A DNA stretch of 64,000 nucleotides from Sphaerodactylus townsendi (taxonomy: Eukaryota). Shown one piece after another: positions 11,572-24,634 of the stretch. Below the pieces are notes generated by a model that was not told the DNA's origin, searched no databases, and worked only from the letters and a program-made list of their open reading frames with translations. A program made the position numbers and the translations under genes. The first letter of the stretch is position 1. Every line of letters begins with the position of its first letter. The stretch spans positions 27,466,001 through 27,530,000 of the forward strand of contig NC_059436.1 of assembly GCF_021028975.2 (NCBI RefSeq). Direction: 5' to 3'.

Positions 11572-12218
11572 TCCTAGTCCATGTTCTGTTTCGAAGACAG
11601 AACAAAACTTGTTATCATGCCTGGTGAGGAGGAAGTAACTCAGGATATTTTTTCATTACTCAAAAGTAGCTGTAATTTAAGAAAAAAGTTGACAACCCCT
11701 GAAATAGAGTCTGTTGTTCATCCAGAGTTTGGAGGGTCAAGCAAGAAAGCTGTGTTTCCTGAGAACATAAAGCGGCCTTTTGTGGCATCTGTGGTAGCTT
11801 TGACTCTAATGCTATACATTGGTAAATAAGCCAAAGGGAGAGCATTATTTGTGTTCCCAGAAACCAGAAGGAAGCATGAAATTTAGTGGGTGGGAACCCA
11901 CATTAATCATTGGGGTTGAGGGTTAAGTCATCCTTGTTTGTTTGTTTTCTGAAGCTATTAGTATTCTAGAACGTTATTGTAATAATGAAAACAAAAAAAT
12001 TAAACAAAGACATTCCCGCCTTTGTGAGAGCTTATATTGATTCAGTGATATGTTATCTCAGATTTCTTTCATTCTCTTAAGAGTTGGATCATATGCAAAT
12101 CAAAATCAGTGAGTTAACTGATTAAAAGGCAGATGATTAACCAGTTAAATATTATGTAATCGGTTCATGCCCCTAATCTAGATTGGGGCCCAGAGTGTTG
12201 AGCTTTGTGAATTTCATT

Positions 12219-12251
12219 GGGTGGGGTGGGGTGGGGTGGGGTGGGGGGGGG
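12219..12251 (+). repeat. (GGGGT)n tract, G-quadruplex capable
   Basis: gggtggggtggggtggggtggggtgggggggg. Confidence 0.8.
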
Positions 12252-12769
12252 TAGATGTATAGAAAAGAGACCAATGTCTAGGCTCCTGGCCCTGAGTTGT
12301 ATAGGGGCAGGTTCCCCCAATCTGAATATTGTCCCCAGGTGCAAGCCTTCCCTGTTTCCTATCTCAGTGGGATGGCTCTTCTTCACTGCTATAGTCAGAG
12401 AAGCACAATGTTATGGCTTCCTCCTCAGGCTGGACTTGGCAACAGATTCTTCAGAGGATGTCCGGAATGAACTTGAGGCCACCCAGGGGGAAAACCAGGG
12501 GGCTCAGGGAATGCTCAACCCCACTGGACCAGACCCAGAGCCTCTGGACCCCAAGGATTCAGTTGAAGGACCTGCCCTTGAAGCTTTAGGTGATGTTGCC
12601 AACATGCCAGAGTCCAGGGCAGCCAGCCTCCTGCTTTATAGGGCGAGACTCTAAACTCCCCCCAACAAGAGTGACAAAGTTGACAGGCCTGCAAGGAGGT
12701 TACTCATCAACAAAGAAGCATGAGACTAGCAGCCCAGTTCCAGCTACTGAACCAGATCACTACCTAAGT

Positions 12770-12948
12770 CAGTGGTTCTCAACCTTCCTAATGCCGCGAC
12801 CCTTTAATACAGTTCCTCATGTTGTGGTGACCCCCAGCCCTATCCATTTTACAGATGGAGAACACTGATGCAGAGAGTCTTAGGCGACCCCTGTGAAAGG
12901 GTCATTCGACCACCAAAGGGGTCACGACCCACAGGTTGAGAACCACTG
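12770..12948 (-). mobile_element. SPIN-type (URR1-like) hAT MITE
   Basis: TIR CAGTGGTTCTCAACCT; TSD acctaagt/atctaaat (6/8); same family as 42039 and 50046. Confidence 0.85.
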
Positions 12949-14117
12949 ATCTAAATGAATATAGTATTTTGCAGGATTAGGGCTCAACTAAACCTTTGTC
13001 AGATAAATCCCAGGACCAGGTGGGGGCTCTTGCTCTCCAGTATATTTAAGCCTTGGGCTAAACAGAGGTCCTTGCTAGTTCAGTTTGTACGGTTAACTTG
13101 CTTTCATGTCACCTGTGAGCATGGACCCACAACCCAACTACTGGAGCTGCTTCAAGCTCTTGTGTTGTAACCGTAACAAAGTACCTCAGTGAGGGGGAAA
13201 TTTCCCTTCCTTTAGATGGCCTGAACTTCACAATCTGGTAACCATAGATGTGCAATCGATCTCAGTGTGGAGAGCACATGTTACACCACAAGTGGATCTG
13301 ACTAAATCCGGACTTCTCCTTCGCATGTACCCCAACCATCATAATAACATGCAATTTTTTTGCTAGTTCATAATAAACACAGATCTTACCACAGAACTGT
13401 GTCAGAGAGGAAAGTGCTGCTGTTCTGGAAGGAAAAAGGTTAATGCATTTGTAACACAAACCGGCAGAGGATAACTTCATTTCATCCGTCAATGAGCTAA
13501 ATATCAAGATACCAGTTACATGAATTAGCTGGAAAAACGTCATATACTGATATAGAAAGAATGGGCTAATTTAAATGTGCGTGAGTTTTTAATCCTCTTT
13601 AATTGAAGAAAATTTATGTGTTTTCTCCCTTTGATAGAATGAGTCACGCTAGATTTGTTCCCTTTTTGTTCCCTTTTTGTCTCATTCATTAGCATGGTAA
13701 ATGCAGTTTTCAAAATGGCCTGGCCAGATTCGATCAACGATCCTACTGGTCAGTATCTTGCTTCCACACAAGCAATCATTGGCTCCCACAATTCCAAATC
13801 AGGTATCAAACCCCCAGCTAGTGGACTTTCGTGAAGGTAGCCTTGGCAGTATTGGTTTCATTGCCACATCTTTGAGGCTGCAATAGCTCATTACAGGTTC
13901 ACCGCTGTCAATAAAACTTACAATCCATTTCCAGTGGTTTGTGTCCAAAGGGATGGATGTTTCCTGCCACCTTTGATGACATCAGAAATTTCCTGCCTGA
14001 AATTGCTGTATAACTTTTTCTATGTCACTGCACTGACTTGTTTGGGGACCTTCTCCCATATTTCTAGTTAGAAGCTCAAGGAGAAACACTTGAAGAAGAA
14101 GCAAAAGGACCCTAGAG

Positions 14118-14247
14118 CAGGGTGTCGAACTTATTTGTTACGAGGGTCAGAGATAACCTAACTGTGACTTGGTTAGGCCGAGACTTCAGCTCCCCACCGT
14201 CTCGTGGGCCCGATAAGCCCTCTCAGGCTTCTTGTTTGACACCCTTG
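14118..14247. mobile_element. hAT MITE
   Basis: cagggtgtcgaac / gtttgacacccttg; TSD ccctagag/ctctagag. Confidence 0.65.
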
Positions 14248-17200
14248 CTCTAGAGCCGTGAAACTGGATGGTTGTGCCCTAGCATTCTCTCCAGCATGGC
14301 AAAGTTTTCTGTAGCAACTTTTCAGATCTTGCGCTGCAGCCTACAAAATGCAACCCCTCTCAGAAACCACTGGGGTTCCTTTCTTTTATAGTAACTACTT
14401 CACACATATGTATCACAGTATTCAAAGTGCCTCACAAACATCACCAATATATTCATTATAGTTTACATGGGCAGTTCCCAAAATTGGATACAGTGAACTC
14501 CATCAGAAAGCTGCTAATGCCAAATCAAATAGCAAACTACTCCTTCTGTCCTCTATAGTGAACGTCTGTCGCTGTTACTGTTTACACAGAACCCATATTG
14601 GCAAGAACATTTTGAAAGCAGATAGTCAAAGAAGCTGTGCACTTTCTCTCTCTCTCTCCTAATTTCCTAAAGTACCTTTAGATCTCACTAGATTATGGCT
14701 GACATTGTATGCAAGGCAGATCATTTCAAATGTGTTAGCAAACTGAAAAAGAAATCTTTGTAGATATGCTGCAACTCAGAAGGATCAAGCATCACTTCTC
14801 TGGGTCTGTACAAAACTAGACCAACTACAGCCTCTTACATACAATCTCAAGAGTGATGAAAGAGCATTTTATATCTGAAATGCCATAACTGAAACATATC
14901 CATGATAATGAGCTTGCAGCTGGTCTTTCCCCATGCTGCCCAGACTTGCAGGACCAAGTCTAATGTGTCTGCTTTCACCATCCCCACTTCTTCCCCATGC
15001 TAAAGCCCTGGAATCTCATGGCAAATTGGACTTTGCATTAAAATACATAGACTTCTTACAGGTCATGCCTTCCCCACCATTTAAAACCATCTCCCTCTTT
15101 TACCTGTGTGTGTGTGTATCTGCAACCCAAGAATAACATTTCATACTATTGGCCAAGTGGGCTCTGGCATCACCAAAGCTTGTGCTACTTAAATGGGTTT
15201 GTTAGAAGATATCACTGGACTCTTTGCTGCAATTGCTACAATAGAGCAACTGGGCTTCGCTTTTGGAATAGATGCTTTAGGTGTGTGGATGTCTCTGGGA
15301 AAATAAGCCTCGAATAGACCCCATCTGGCACCAACAGGCTTTGCAGACTGCACATGCTTTTTAGAACATTTTTGTGGGAAGACATCTGGCATCCCAGATT
15401 TGCTGGGAACTTGGGTCCTTGGCACGGCATGATTGCCTGCTTGGAGGGCAGGCCTGATCTGCAAGAACGGGAAGGGATATACAAAGGCCCAGGAATGAGA
15501 GACTGGGTGGCTGTTTCTCTGTAGAAACCCAAGCTCTTTTCAGTTCCAGAGTGGAGGGCTGGCAACTGCTGTATCTGCTGTTTCACTAGGAGGAAAGTCA
15601 AAAGAGACCAAAGGCAAGACACAGCGTTTCAAAATCTGACACCCCCCGCACACACACACACACACAAATATCCTTACTTGTGCTTTATTTAGATATTTTC
15701 AGCAATGCAATATCCTAAATCAATAAATATATCCTAGAAGTCTCTGCAGCACATTAAGGGTTCCTCAGCAGACATCAGTGTGCACTGGGTCCCCTCACAA
15801 CTGATAGCTAGCTTGAGTACTGATGAACTAAAATTCACTTTGGGCTTGCTTATACATGACTTTCCCCCCAGGGTCCGCCCTGGGCCATGTGATCAATGTG
15901 TCCTTGCTCAATTCCCAGGTGTGCAGGGCTCAATTCAGACAGGATTGCAATGTCCAAGGAGAGGGCGCTTTGGCCGCCTCCCACCCTGCCCCATGGCATT
16001 TCTCTGACCTGAAATGACCCTGGGAGTAACCAGTACTAGGAGGTGTAAAAGGTCAGTGGATTCTGTGTTGTATTTGCCCCTTTGGGGGCTCAGTGTGCCC
16101 TGACGGGGTACACAAAGGGTTCCTTAGTATGGCAAATAGAACACCTTCAGGGCTGCTTTGGGTTGAGAAAACAGCAGTTAGGGGTGGGTGAACGGAAGCC
16201 CCTTTTGCTGGCATGCTGCAGTAGATTGAAGTACAAGGATCAATTCATGCGGTGGCTGTGACAAATGCCGCTCTTTCTTTCTGCTATGCTGTTTCCAGGG
16301 AGAATAAACAATTCCTATGCAGCACGCAACGATGCTGATTGCTGTTCCTTTCCACCTGCGTCATTAAGGGCACACAGGCTGGGTTCTTGGTAAGTTTAAG
16401 AGAAGAGGAGGGTTGAGTACCCCCGTGCTGTTCCACAAATGGGCTAGAATTCTGGCCGTGTTTGGCCTTGGGTGGGGGTGGGTGGGGTGTCTGCCAAGTA
16501 ATCAGTAATGGGTGTGTGTAAACCAGCAAATTCTGCAGACTCCATTCACCCATAACCTGCCAAGCCATACCCCAACCCTGCACATTCATTCACAGTCCAT
16601 CTGAAATCAACCAGATCCTGCCTCGGCTGCACCCCCTCACCACCTGAAGCAGTACTTTGAAGGATTTATTACTGTTACTCACAATAGCGCCATTTCTGTA
16701 CATGGTGCACTATAGAAATAATTCCTAAACAGTGGGACAAGAGAGAATTGCTACTGTACCACAAGAGATGCACAAATTAAACTAAAATGTCCTGAGATTG
16801 TTTTTGTTGATTGTTACTTATAGGAATTTTATGTTTGATTTTAGGCTTTATGCCATTGTAAGCCACCCTGAGCCCTTTGGGGCTAGGGCAGGGTATAAAT
16901 ATAAAAATAAATAAATAAAATAATTCAAATGCACATCTGCCCAAAGATGAGGCTGCCTGTTATGGCTCCACATGCATGTCTGAACTGGTATCTTTCTAAT
17001 CAGCCTCCACAATAATTCTGCTACTGTTAGTTTGCCTTGGGGGTGACTGCAGAATTATTTTACTCTTGCTGTAGAGGCAGCAGAAGTACAATCCCCCACC
17101 TCGAAGAGACTATCAGTTGCATCTCTGCATGAATCACTGGTCAGCGTTGTCTTCCTTTCAGTCAGAAGACATGCCCAGAATATTAATTTATGCATGAAGA

Positions 17201-20009
17201 CAAAGTGTGTGTGGCCAGGAAATCAAGGTTCTGTGCCTGCAACCCCCTCCCCCTCCATAAAGCTAACAGTAGTTTCAGGGACAGGGTAGGTATAGGATCA
17301 GGAAAATGATACCAGGGAAAGGGTTAAACACCCTTTTCCCTGCAGATTCACTCAAGCAAAAACAAAAGGGTCAGGGAGTCCAATTGCACAACCCACACCT
17401 GTGTAATTTGGCCGCTGGTCTGGTCTATGGCCTGTTTTCAGCACAGTTTTGTTCTTCTTTCTTGTGCGTGAGGGGAGTTTATGTAACATTTCTATCCACA
17501 GCTAATGAGAACAAAACACATCTCCATTTCCAGAGGGGGAAGGCAATCTGATTGTGGTGTGAAAATTGCCTCTCAGCAGGTGGATCAACCTGGCATAATT
17601 CACTCAGCTTCTCACCCATCCTTGGTTTGTTTTCCGAAGGCATCCTTAAATCTCAAGAATCCACCCTCCCATCTCTTCACCCTGCAAGGAAACCAGGCAC
17701 AAAGAAGAGGGTTTTTTCCTGCATGGACATCTAAAGAGATACCAAACTACTATGTCTTTTCCATGCAAAGCTCCCAAGAATTCTTCTCAACTGGGGCAGA
17801 GCGGATGTCTGTGGTGCTGAGAACTCCCTTACCCATAAAGGCTGGGAACTCAAGCCAGAGTGCGTTGGAAGAATGCCTACTTCTAATAACAAATAATATT
17901 GACATTCCAACAGTGCTTTGGAATGTTCAGACCTTTTCACATACATACTCTTGGCACCTTTACAACAAAACCTGTAAACCAGACCAATATTATGACTGCT
18001 GTGGTGGCATCAAAGAGGTGGTGTATGTGTCAGGCTGACCAAGGGCCAATTCACATATTATGAAGTGTATTTTCATCAGTGGTGCTTGGAGAGTTTCCTG
18101 CTGAGAACTTACTTCCTGGACAATTGTAGACCTGATTTGGGCTGAAATGGGCTCAGGGATTCACCGTTCGCCTGTTGGGGAAACTTCTATGGTCATTGAT
18201 GTAAGTTTCCCCCGTGGGGCGAATAGTATGTTCCTGGCGCCATTTCTGCTTGAGGAAACACTGCCGTCCTGATCTGAATGTGGCTCCTGTTCATCTGAGA
18301 AATGAGTTCCTTGCGTTGAATTTCAGGTGCACACCTCCAGCAGCAGGAGTCACACATCCACCATTTCACTTTTTAATGTGTGACTTAAACCTAAACTCTG
18401 AGTGATTTACCTGAGCAAACCTCGAGATGATTTGAAAATAGGACTACCTGAGCCAAAGGTCAATCTCTTAGTCACTCTTCCACATCAGCTCACAATGGTG
18501 GTCCCTCATCCTGTTTGGGACCAGTGTGCACAGGTCCCAGGGAGCAGAAAGGGAGCCTGTTTTTCAAGTGAACTATGAATGGATGAACAACATTGAACAC
18601 TGGCAGCTCTCCCCTTTACCCACAGGATAGATCAGGCATCTCAAAGTGGAGGCCTGGCCCAGTTTTGTGACTGACTCATCACCTTTTCCCAAGAGCAAGA
18701 GCCAGTCTGCAATGGTTTTTTTGCGCCTGAGGCAGAAAATCCACATCAATCCCCTCCAATTTCACTAATAAGCATGGGCCATAAGCCCATGTGTGTGGGC
18801 GTGTGCACACGTGTGCATGTGTCTTCTGAAGGCTCTTTGGAATGAATTTGTAGCTGCGAAACTGTGGGGAAATTCTGAGAGGATGATGAAGAGAAGGTGC
18901 TCTCTGTGTGTGGGTGGGATGATGGAGAGGGGTGAACAGGATGACTCAGTCCTGAACCAAACCACAGGGAATTGTCACTTAGCAACTGTTTAGATCGAGG
19001 ATGCCGAAAGTGGGTTGCATTGCTGAAAATATCTAAATAAAGCACAAATAAGGATATTTGTGTGTGTGCGTGTGTGTGTGTGTGGGGGTGTCAGTGGGCA
19101 GCACCACGTGAGGGAAAAAATCTGGAAATAGAATGGGGGAAGAGGGGTCCCAAGGGGTGGGGGAGCTAATTACACGAATCAGGAAATGGCAGCACAAGGG
19201 TGAGTCAGGGTCGCCTCATCCGAGCAGAAAGATGGGAGGGCTATCCCATGTTGACGTGCAAGCTGGCAGCTATGCATCCGTAAGGCCTGTCTTGCCAGAT
19301 CTGATCCAGAGGCCCACCTAACCCAGCAGTCTGTTTTCCAGAATAGTCAGCCAGATCCTTGTGGAAGTGCATCAGGAGAAAGAACTCTGCTCCAAATTCC
19401 CGCTGCCCTGTGACTTCATGCTCATTCTGGCCTAAGGTCACTGGGTAGTGACACTGCCTGCATCTCAGCAAGAACACCAGTCAGCAAAGATCAGCCCGGC
19501 CCCATTTGGTTCTAATCTCTACTCCACTGAAGGCAGAGCCTGTGTCTCTTTTTCTTTTATGTACAGTGCTTGCCACCACCCTTGTCGATTCGGTTTCAAT
19601 GGACATAAATGGTTTGGGGGAGGCAATTTTTTTGTCTGAAAAGTTGGCTGAAACATAACTGGTAAGTAAGAGGTAGAAGTTGGGGGGAACAACAGAGAGA
19701 TTACTGGGGGGCAAACATGCATGGGAATTCTACTCCTAATCCAGTTCTTTTTCTTCTGGTCACGTTGGAAAGTCCAGTGAAATTAACCTACTAGTGGTTA
19801 TCACTGCATCTGTTGCCTACATACAATGCTTGTAAAATTATGGGCTCTGGATAAGATAGACCCTTGGTCTGACATAGCCAGGCAATTCTGACAAAATTTG
19901 CATCTAAATACCTCTCCCCCTTTGCCCCCTTTCCCTTCTGCTGATGGAAGGGTGCTGTGTACCTTAAAACCTTGAACATTTCCAATTTAATTACTGCACT
20001 TTGCACCAA

Positions 20010-20850
20010 GTAGGGCTGCCCTTGATGGTGCTCTGGAAACTTCAGGTTGTTCCGAATGCAGCTACCTGGCTGTTGATCAGTTCACCATGGCTTGTACACA
20101 CCCAGCCCATTTAGTGGCAACAGGTTTTTGATTGGTTTCCTGGTCAAATTCAAGGTGCTGGTATTAAAGCCCTAAGTGATCATCGGGGACCAACAAACCT
20201 AAAGGAGCACTTCTCCTGTGATGACCCCCGCTGTGACTTTGTTCTGCCACCTGCGGACTTTGGTGATGTCCGGCACCTGGGCACTTGATTTACCCACTTG
20301 AGTACAACAAGAGTAAGAACCTTTTCCTTTGTGACTAGTGTTGCCCATGTCCAGGTGGTAGCAGGGGACCTCCTGCTTTCACAACTGACCTCCAGGCAAC
20401 AGAGATCCGTTCACCTGGAAAAAAACAGCTGCTTTGCAGAGGTGGACTCTATGGCATTATATACCAATGAAGTCCTTTCCCTCCCAAATCCTGCTTTCTC
20501 AGGCTCCACTCCCCAAATTTCCAAGTATTTCCCACCCTGGAGCTGGCAACTTTAATTGTAGCTCTAACCTGGAGGAATACTTGGTCTGAAGAGGCTCATG
20601 TCCTGCATTCCACAGCACGCAAGATGGAGTTATTCCACTAGGGGTTTGACTAAGGTAATTTCTGTGGACTCTACCATCAATGCTGTTGATTTTTAATGCC
20701 AAAGATGCTGTGTGCTGCTGAGTTTTTAATCGGATCTTATTAAAATTATGATTTTATTATTGCAACTGCAGTGCTGCTGTTAGCTGCTCTGAGCCCCTTT
20801 CTGGGACAGGGGGCAGGAAAAAAAGATAATGCAATTAATTAATTAATACA
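20010..20850 (+). mobile_element. L2-type LINE 3' fragment interrupted by a MITE
   Basis: gggctgccctt..aaacttcagg..gaatgcagc..caaattcaaggtgctggtatt; AT-rich tail near 20750-20850. Confidence 0.55.
20336..20554. mobile_element. MITE with TAGGGTTGCC-type TIR
   Basis: tagtgttgcc / ggcaacttta; reverse-oriented relative at 30832-31049. Confidence 0.6.
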
Positions 20851-21954
20851 ATTATTTTCTTATAAGGAAAATGGTAAAGTTTAGGCCACCAGCACCATCT
20901 TGAGGCCAGACAAGAACTGATAGGTTAATTTTCCCTAAAGAAGATAGGGCTACTTTTCACCAAAACGTTGTCAATATCTGTAATCACTTTAACTCTTATC
21001 AGTTGCCAGATTCAGAGGTAGATATTTTCCACATCCAAAGGCTGTGTGTGGGGTGGGGGTGTGGGGGTGTGTGTGGGGGTGTGGGGTAACTGATTTGGTG
21101 CATCCCTTACACATTTCGCTGCTCTGGCAGGAACCCAAATGGCAAAATCTCTTTATCAAAATGTGTGGGGCACACTCCATCAGGAAGCCCTGCTGCATAA
21201 ACTTCACTGGGATGAGAAAGAGCTATGCAAAGACATGCTCTTTCAATTAGTTTCATTTGGGGGAATAATTGTAAAGTGCTTTATTACTGTAACTGTATCC
21301 TCCTACAATGAAGTCAATTTAATACAAAGGTATTACAAAGGTACACTAAATGATGGGCGTTATCTGGAGCAAATTGTACTATGATCTGATGCTGTAGGAA
21401 ATTCAATAATATTGTAAGGATCTTGTCGTCGCCTCACTGGCAGAGCTCTTTGGACCCCTTGGTATACCGAGGGCATAGGATATCTGGAGCTATGAAGCAG
21501 GAGGGAATGATGACTTGAGTGCCAGTGGCAGAAATCACCTTGCAGATCTGATCCGACACTGGGGAGAGCCCACTATCAGGCCTACCGTGGGTCGGTGGTG
21601 GTGGTGAAGGTGCATTTCCTCACTCTCATTGCGTCCACAAGTAGCCATCCAGCAGTTATTTAGGGTGGTTAACGGCTTGCTGTTCTTCACTCGGAGGACT
21701 GTGCCTGGGGTGTTGTGATGATTTTGCGGGGCAGTTTTGGGATAAAGTTGCTCAGATCCTCATGGGATTGGACTTTACCATTGGACAGCATTCTGTAGAG
21801 GTGTCTGGTTAAGTTTTATTGGGTCAATTTCAGTTTTTGAGGTACAAGAATGTGAATTAAGTTGTTTGTAGGGATGGGGTCCACTACTAGTCCCCTGGAC
21901 ACTTGTCTGACTGATAAAGCTAGTTGGGGGTGCAGGGGCTCGCCTAGTGAGTTC

Positions 21955-22727
21955 AGGAGGTGGTATTCCCCAGGGCTCAGTTCTGTTCCCTACACTATTC
22001 AACATCTACATGAAGTCACTAGGTGAGGTCATCAGGGGGTTTGGAGCAAAGTGTCATCAATATGCGGATTTCACCCAACTCTATTTCTTCATTTCATCAG
22101 TCAGGAAAGGAACTCTGTGTGCTGGACTATTGCCTGGAAACAGTTATGGGCTGGATCCAGACGAGCCAGAGGTTCTGTGTGTTTCAGGCTCCCAATTCAC
22201 TTCCAGGCCCAGTTCTGCACATTGATGTTGACATGCAAAGCTCTAAATAGCTTGGGCCCTGCCTATGTGAAGGAATGCCTATGCTCATATGTACCTGCCT
22301 GATCATTAGGGGAGGTGCTTCTGATGGTTCCTCCTCCTGCTGAGGTGCAGGAGGGAGTGGCATGCAAGAGAACTTTCTCCATGACTCCTCACAGGATTTG
22401 GAATAATCTCCCCTCAGATATTCACCATGCGCCTACTCTTTATGGGTTTAGGTGCATGGTGAAGGCCTTCCTCTTTGTCCAGACATTTGGTTAGCCTCTC
22501 TAGAAACCCTCTCTGCAGATGCTAGTCTGGGGGACGTGGGTGGGAGAGTGAGATTGGGGTTATTTTAATCTAATTTTTACTGTTGTCTTGTTATATTTTA
22601 TTCATTATGTTTTTATTGTGGGTTTATTTATTTTAACCTGTGTGATCTGCCTAAAGAGACTAGTATGTGGTTGTGGATAAGTATTTATAAATAAATGAAT
22701 AAATAAATAAATAAATAAATAAATAAA
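21955..22727 (+). mobile_element. L2/CR1-clade LINE remnant with RT motifs, internally deleted
   Basis: GIPQGSVLFPTLFNIYM...HQYADFTQLY corresponds to the RT PQG and YADD motifs; ends in (AAAT)n at about 22686-22726. Confidence 0.75.
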
Positions 22728-23755
22728 CAGTATTCAGTCCCATATTTTTCCATCCTGGTTGAGGTTCTGGGATAATCTGGTCTGTTACAAATATATACTT
22801 TTAATTGTTAGCAGACCACAGTGATATGGAAACCCCAAAGACAGCAATGTCCAGAGACAGAAAGAAGTTTGTACATTCTAAATCACCATGCACATACTGA
22901 CCTCGGCTAATTGCAGTGTTGCTGAGATTCCAGTTCCCTGTCCTTTGAAGCACTGCATTGCATATTGTTGGCTTAAAGACTAGGGTGGATGATCTCTCAC
23001 CAGTGTTATCCAATGGGGAGACTGTTGAAATGTCATGCATCCTGCACTTGGCAAAGGTACACAAGATTAGGGAGAGACTTGGATCATGTGCAGAATCGAC
23101 ACGTGAGCCATCAAAGTCTGGCCCAGTTCTTCTGTAAACAACTGCACAGTTTCTGTCAATTCAAAACCAGTATTGCATGAATGGAACATTTAACCAAAAT
23201 GCCCAGCTTAAAACACACCTCCATGGAGCCAGGTAGGCAGCCCTTCATTATTTATTAACCATTTGAAAATACCAATGAATGTCCATGCACTGGGCTGTTA
23301 CCCAGTTTCCACCCTTTGACGTAGCAAAATGGTTAATGTTGGACCTAGCTCCAGAAGAAGCCCAGCCCTGCTGGATTAGATCAAGATCTACTATTCTTCT
23401 TCCAGCAAGAGATTAAGGGAGGTGAGGTCCTTGCTCTTTAGTTTGTCCAACAACTTTTATTCAGAGGTTATTGCCTCTGGCTATAGGTTCCACTGCATTC
23501 ATAGCTAGCAACCATGGCCAGACCTACCCTCCATGGATTTGTCCAAATGCTTTATAACGAGGCATTTAAGCCAGGAATCCCCATGATGATGCAGAATTTA
23601 AGAGTATACTAGGGTAGATTTTGAAATGATCAGGCTTGAAGCTCTCTGATTATTTGAGCTTTCCCCCCTCAGCCTGACCAGTAATGTAGACTTGTTGGTT
23701 GTCTGCAAAACATTACTTTTGGCCTCCTCAGAGGAAAGGAATACATGCTTTAAAT

Positions 23756-23870
23756 CAGGGGTGTCCAACCTTGGTCCTCCAAATGTTCATGGACTTCAAT
23801 TCCTATCAACTCCTGCCTGATGGGAATCATAGTCCACAAACATCTGGAGGGCCAGGGTTGGACAACCCTG
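23756..23870. mobile_element. Palindromic hAT-type MITE
   Basis: caggggtgtccaacc / ggttggacaaccctg; same core as 27143 and 34964. Confidence 0.65.
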
Positions 23871-24172
23871 CTCTACAACAATGAAGTGAACATCTCCTTT
23901 GAATCCTTTTTGGTTTGTCAATGACAGTCAGCATGGGAAAGAAGAATGGTCTGTAGAGATCTGGGTTCAAATCCTCATCAGCCATGAAGCTCATTACCTA
24001 AGCTACTTTTTTTCCCAATCTAACCTATCTTGTTAAGTGAAACAACCTCAGTGCAGACTGCCCTGCGCTCTTAAAGGTACAGATCAAGGAACAGGATTCT
24101 TGAAGGAAGACAGTAAAGCAGAACTATTAATTCCAAGTTGTGAACATGATGCTTACAACTTAAGTCTTATGG

Positions 24173-24178
24173 TTTATT
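24173..24178 (-). promoter_or_regulatory. Candidate polyadenylation signal of MARCH5-like
   Basis: AATAAA on the minus strand about 290 nt after the stop codon. Confidence 0.45.
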
Positions 24179-24463
24179 TAAACTTTAACTTATAAAGAGC
24201 CTGAGGACAAAACCCACACAAAATTAACAGTGAATGCAGAAGGGAAACTAGAAAGAACAGGGCTATTGTGCCAACTCCATATAAGCCACCAGCATGAAGG
24301 GAATTGCTCTCAGAGTAGACTTTAGCAATACTCTCCATTCAGTCCAGTCTAAAACTACCCCCCTTCCCCGGACACAACTGGCCAAACTCACACTGCTTGT
24401 CAGTGCTTCGCTTTGGGACTGGAGCTGAGCAGATGGCAAGCCTATGAGAGCTTAGTTCCCACC

Positions 24464-24634
24464 CTAGCTGAGCCCTGCTTCACTGCCACTGTCTTCGTCG
24501 AGCTGAGTCAATCCCTTCTCCGCATCCCCTTTCTCCACATAGTTGAGGATACGCCGGTTGGCTTGGATCAAGTACTGTTGCTGGCGGAAGTAGACTTTGA
24601 GGGCACCTTTGATGGCGACAAAAGCAATGCCTCC
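24464..24634 (-). CDS. MARCHF5L: MARCH5-like exon 6 (to stop)
   Basis: (t)nggcag|; encodes GGIAFVAIKGALKVYFRQQQYL...EAGLS*. Confidence 0.92.
   Translation of the reverse strand, partial: GGIAFVAIKGALKVYFRQQQYLIQANRRILNYVEKGDAEKGLTQLDEDSGSEAGLS

Noticed and set aside
11581-11829. 82-aa ORF ending in a hydrophobic stretch with a possible donor (ATTG|gtaaat)
   Set aside because: No homology I recognise and no partner exons found; a TBLASTX search against other reptiles would settle it.
17800-17822. RE1/REST-like site (minus strand TCAGCACCACAGACATC)
   Set aside because: Two mismatches in the GGACAG half-site; too weak to call.
17505-18038. 177-aa plus-strand ORF
   Set aside because: No recognisable motifs or convincing splice context.
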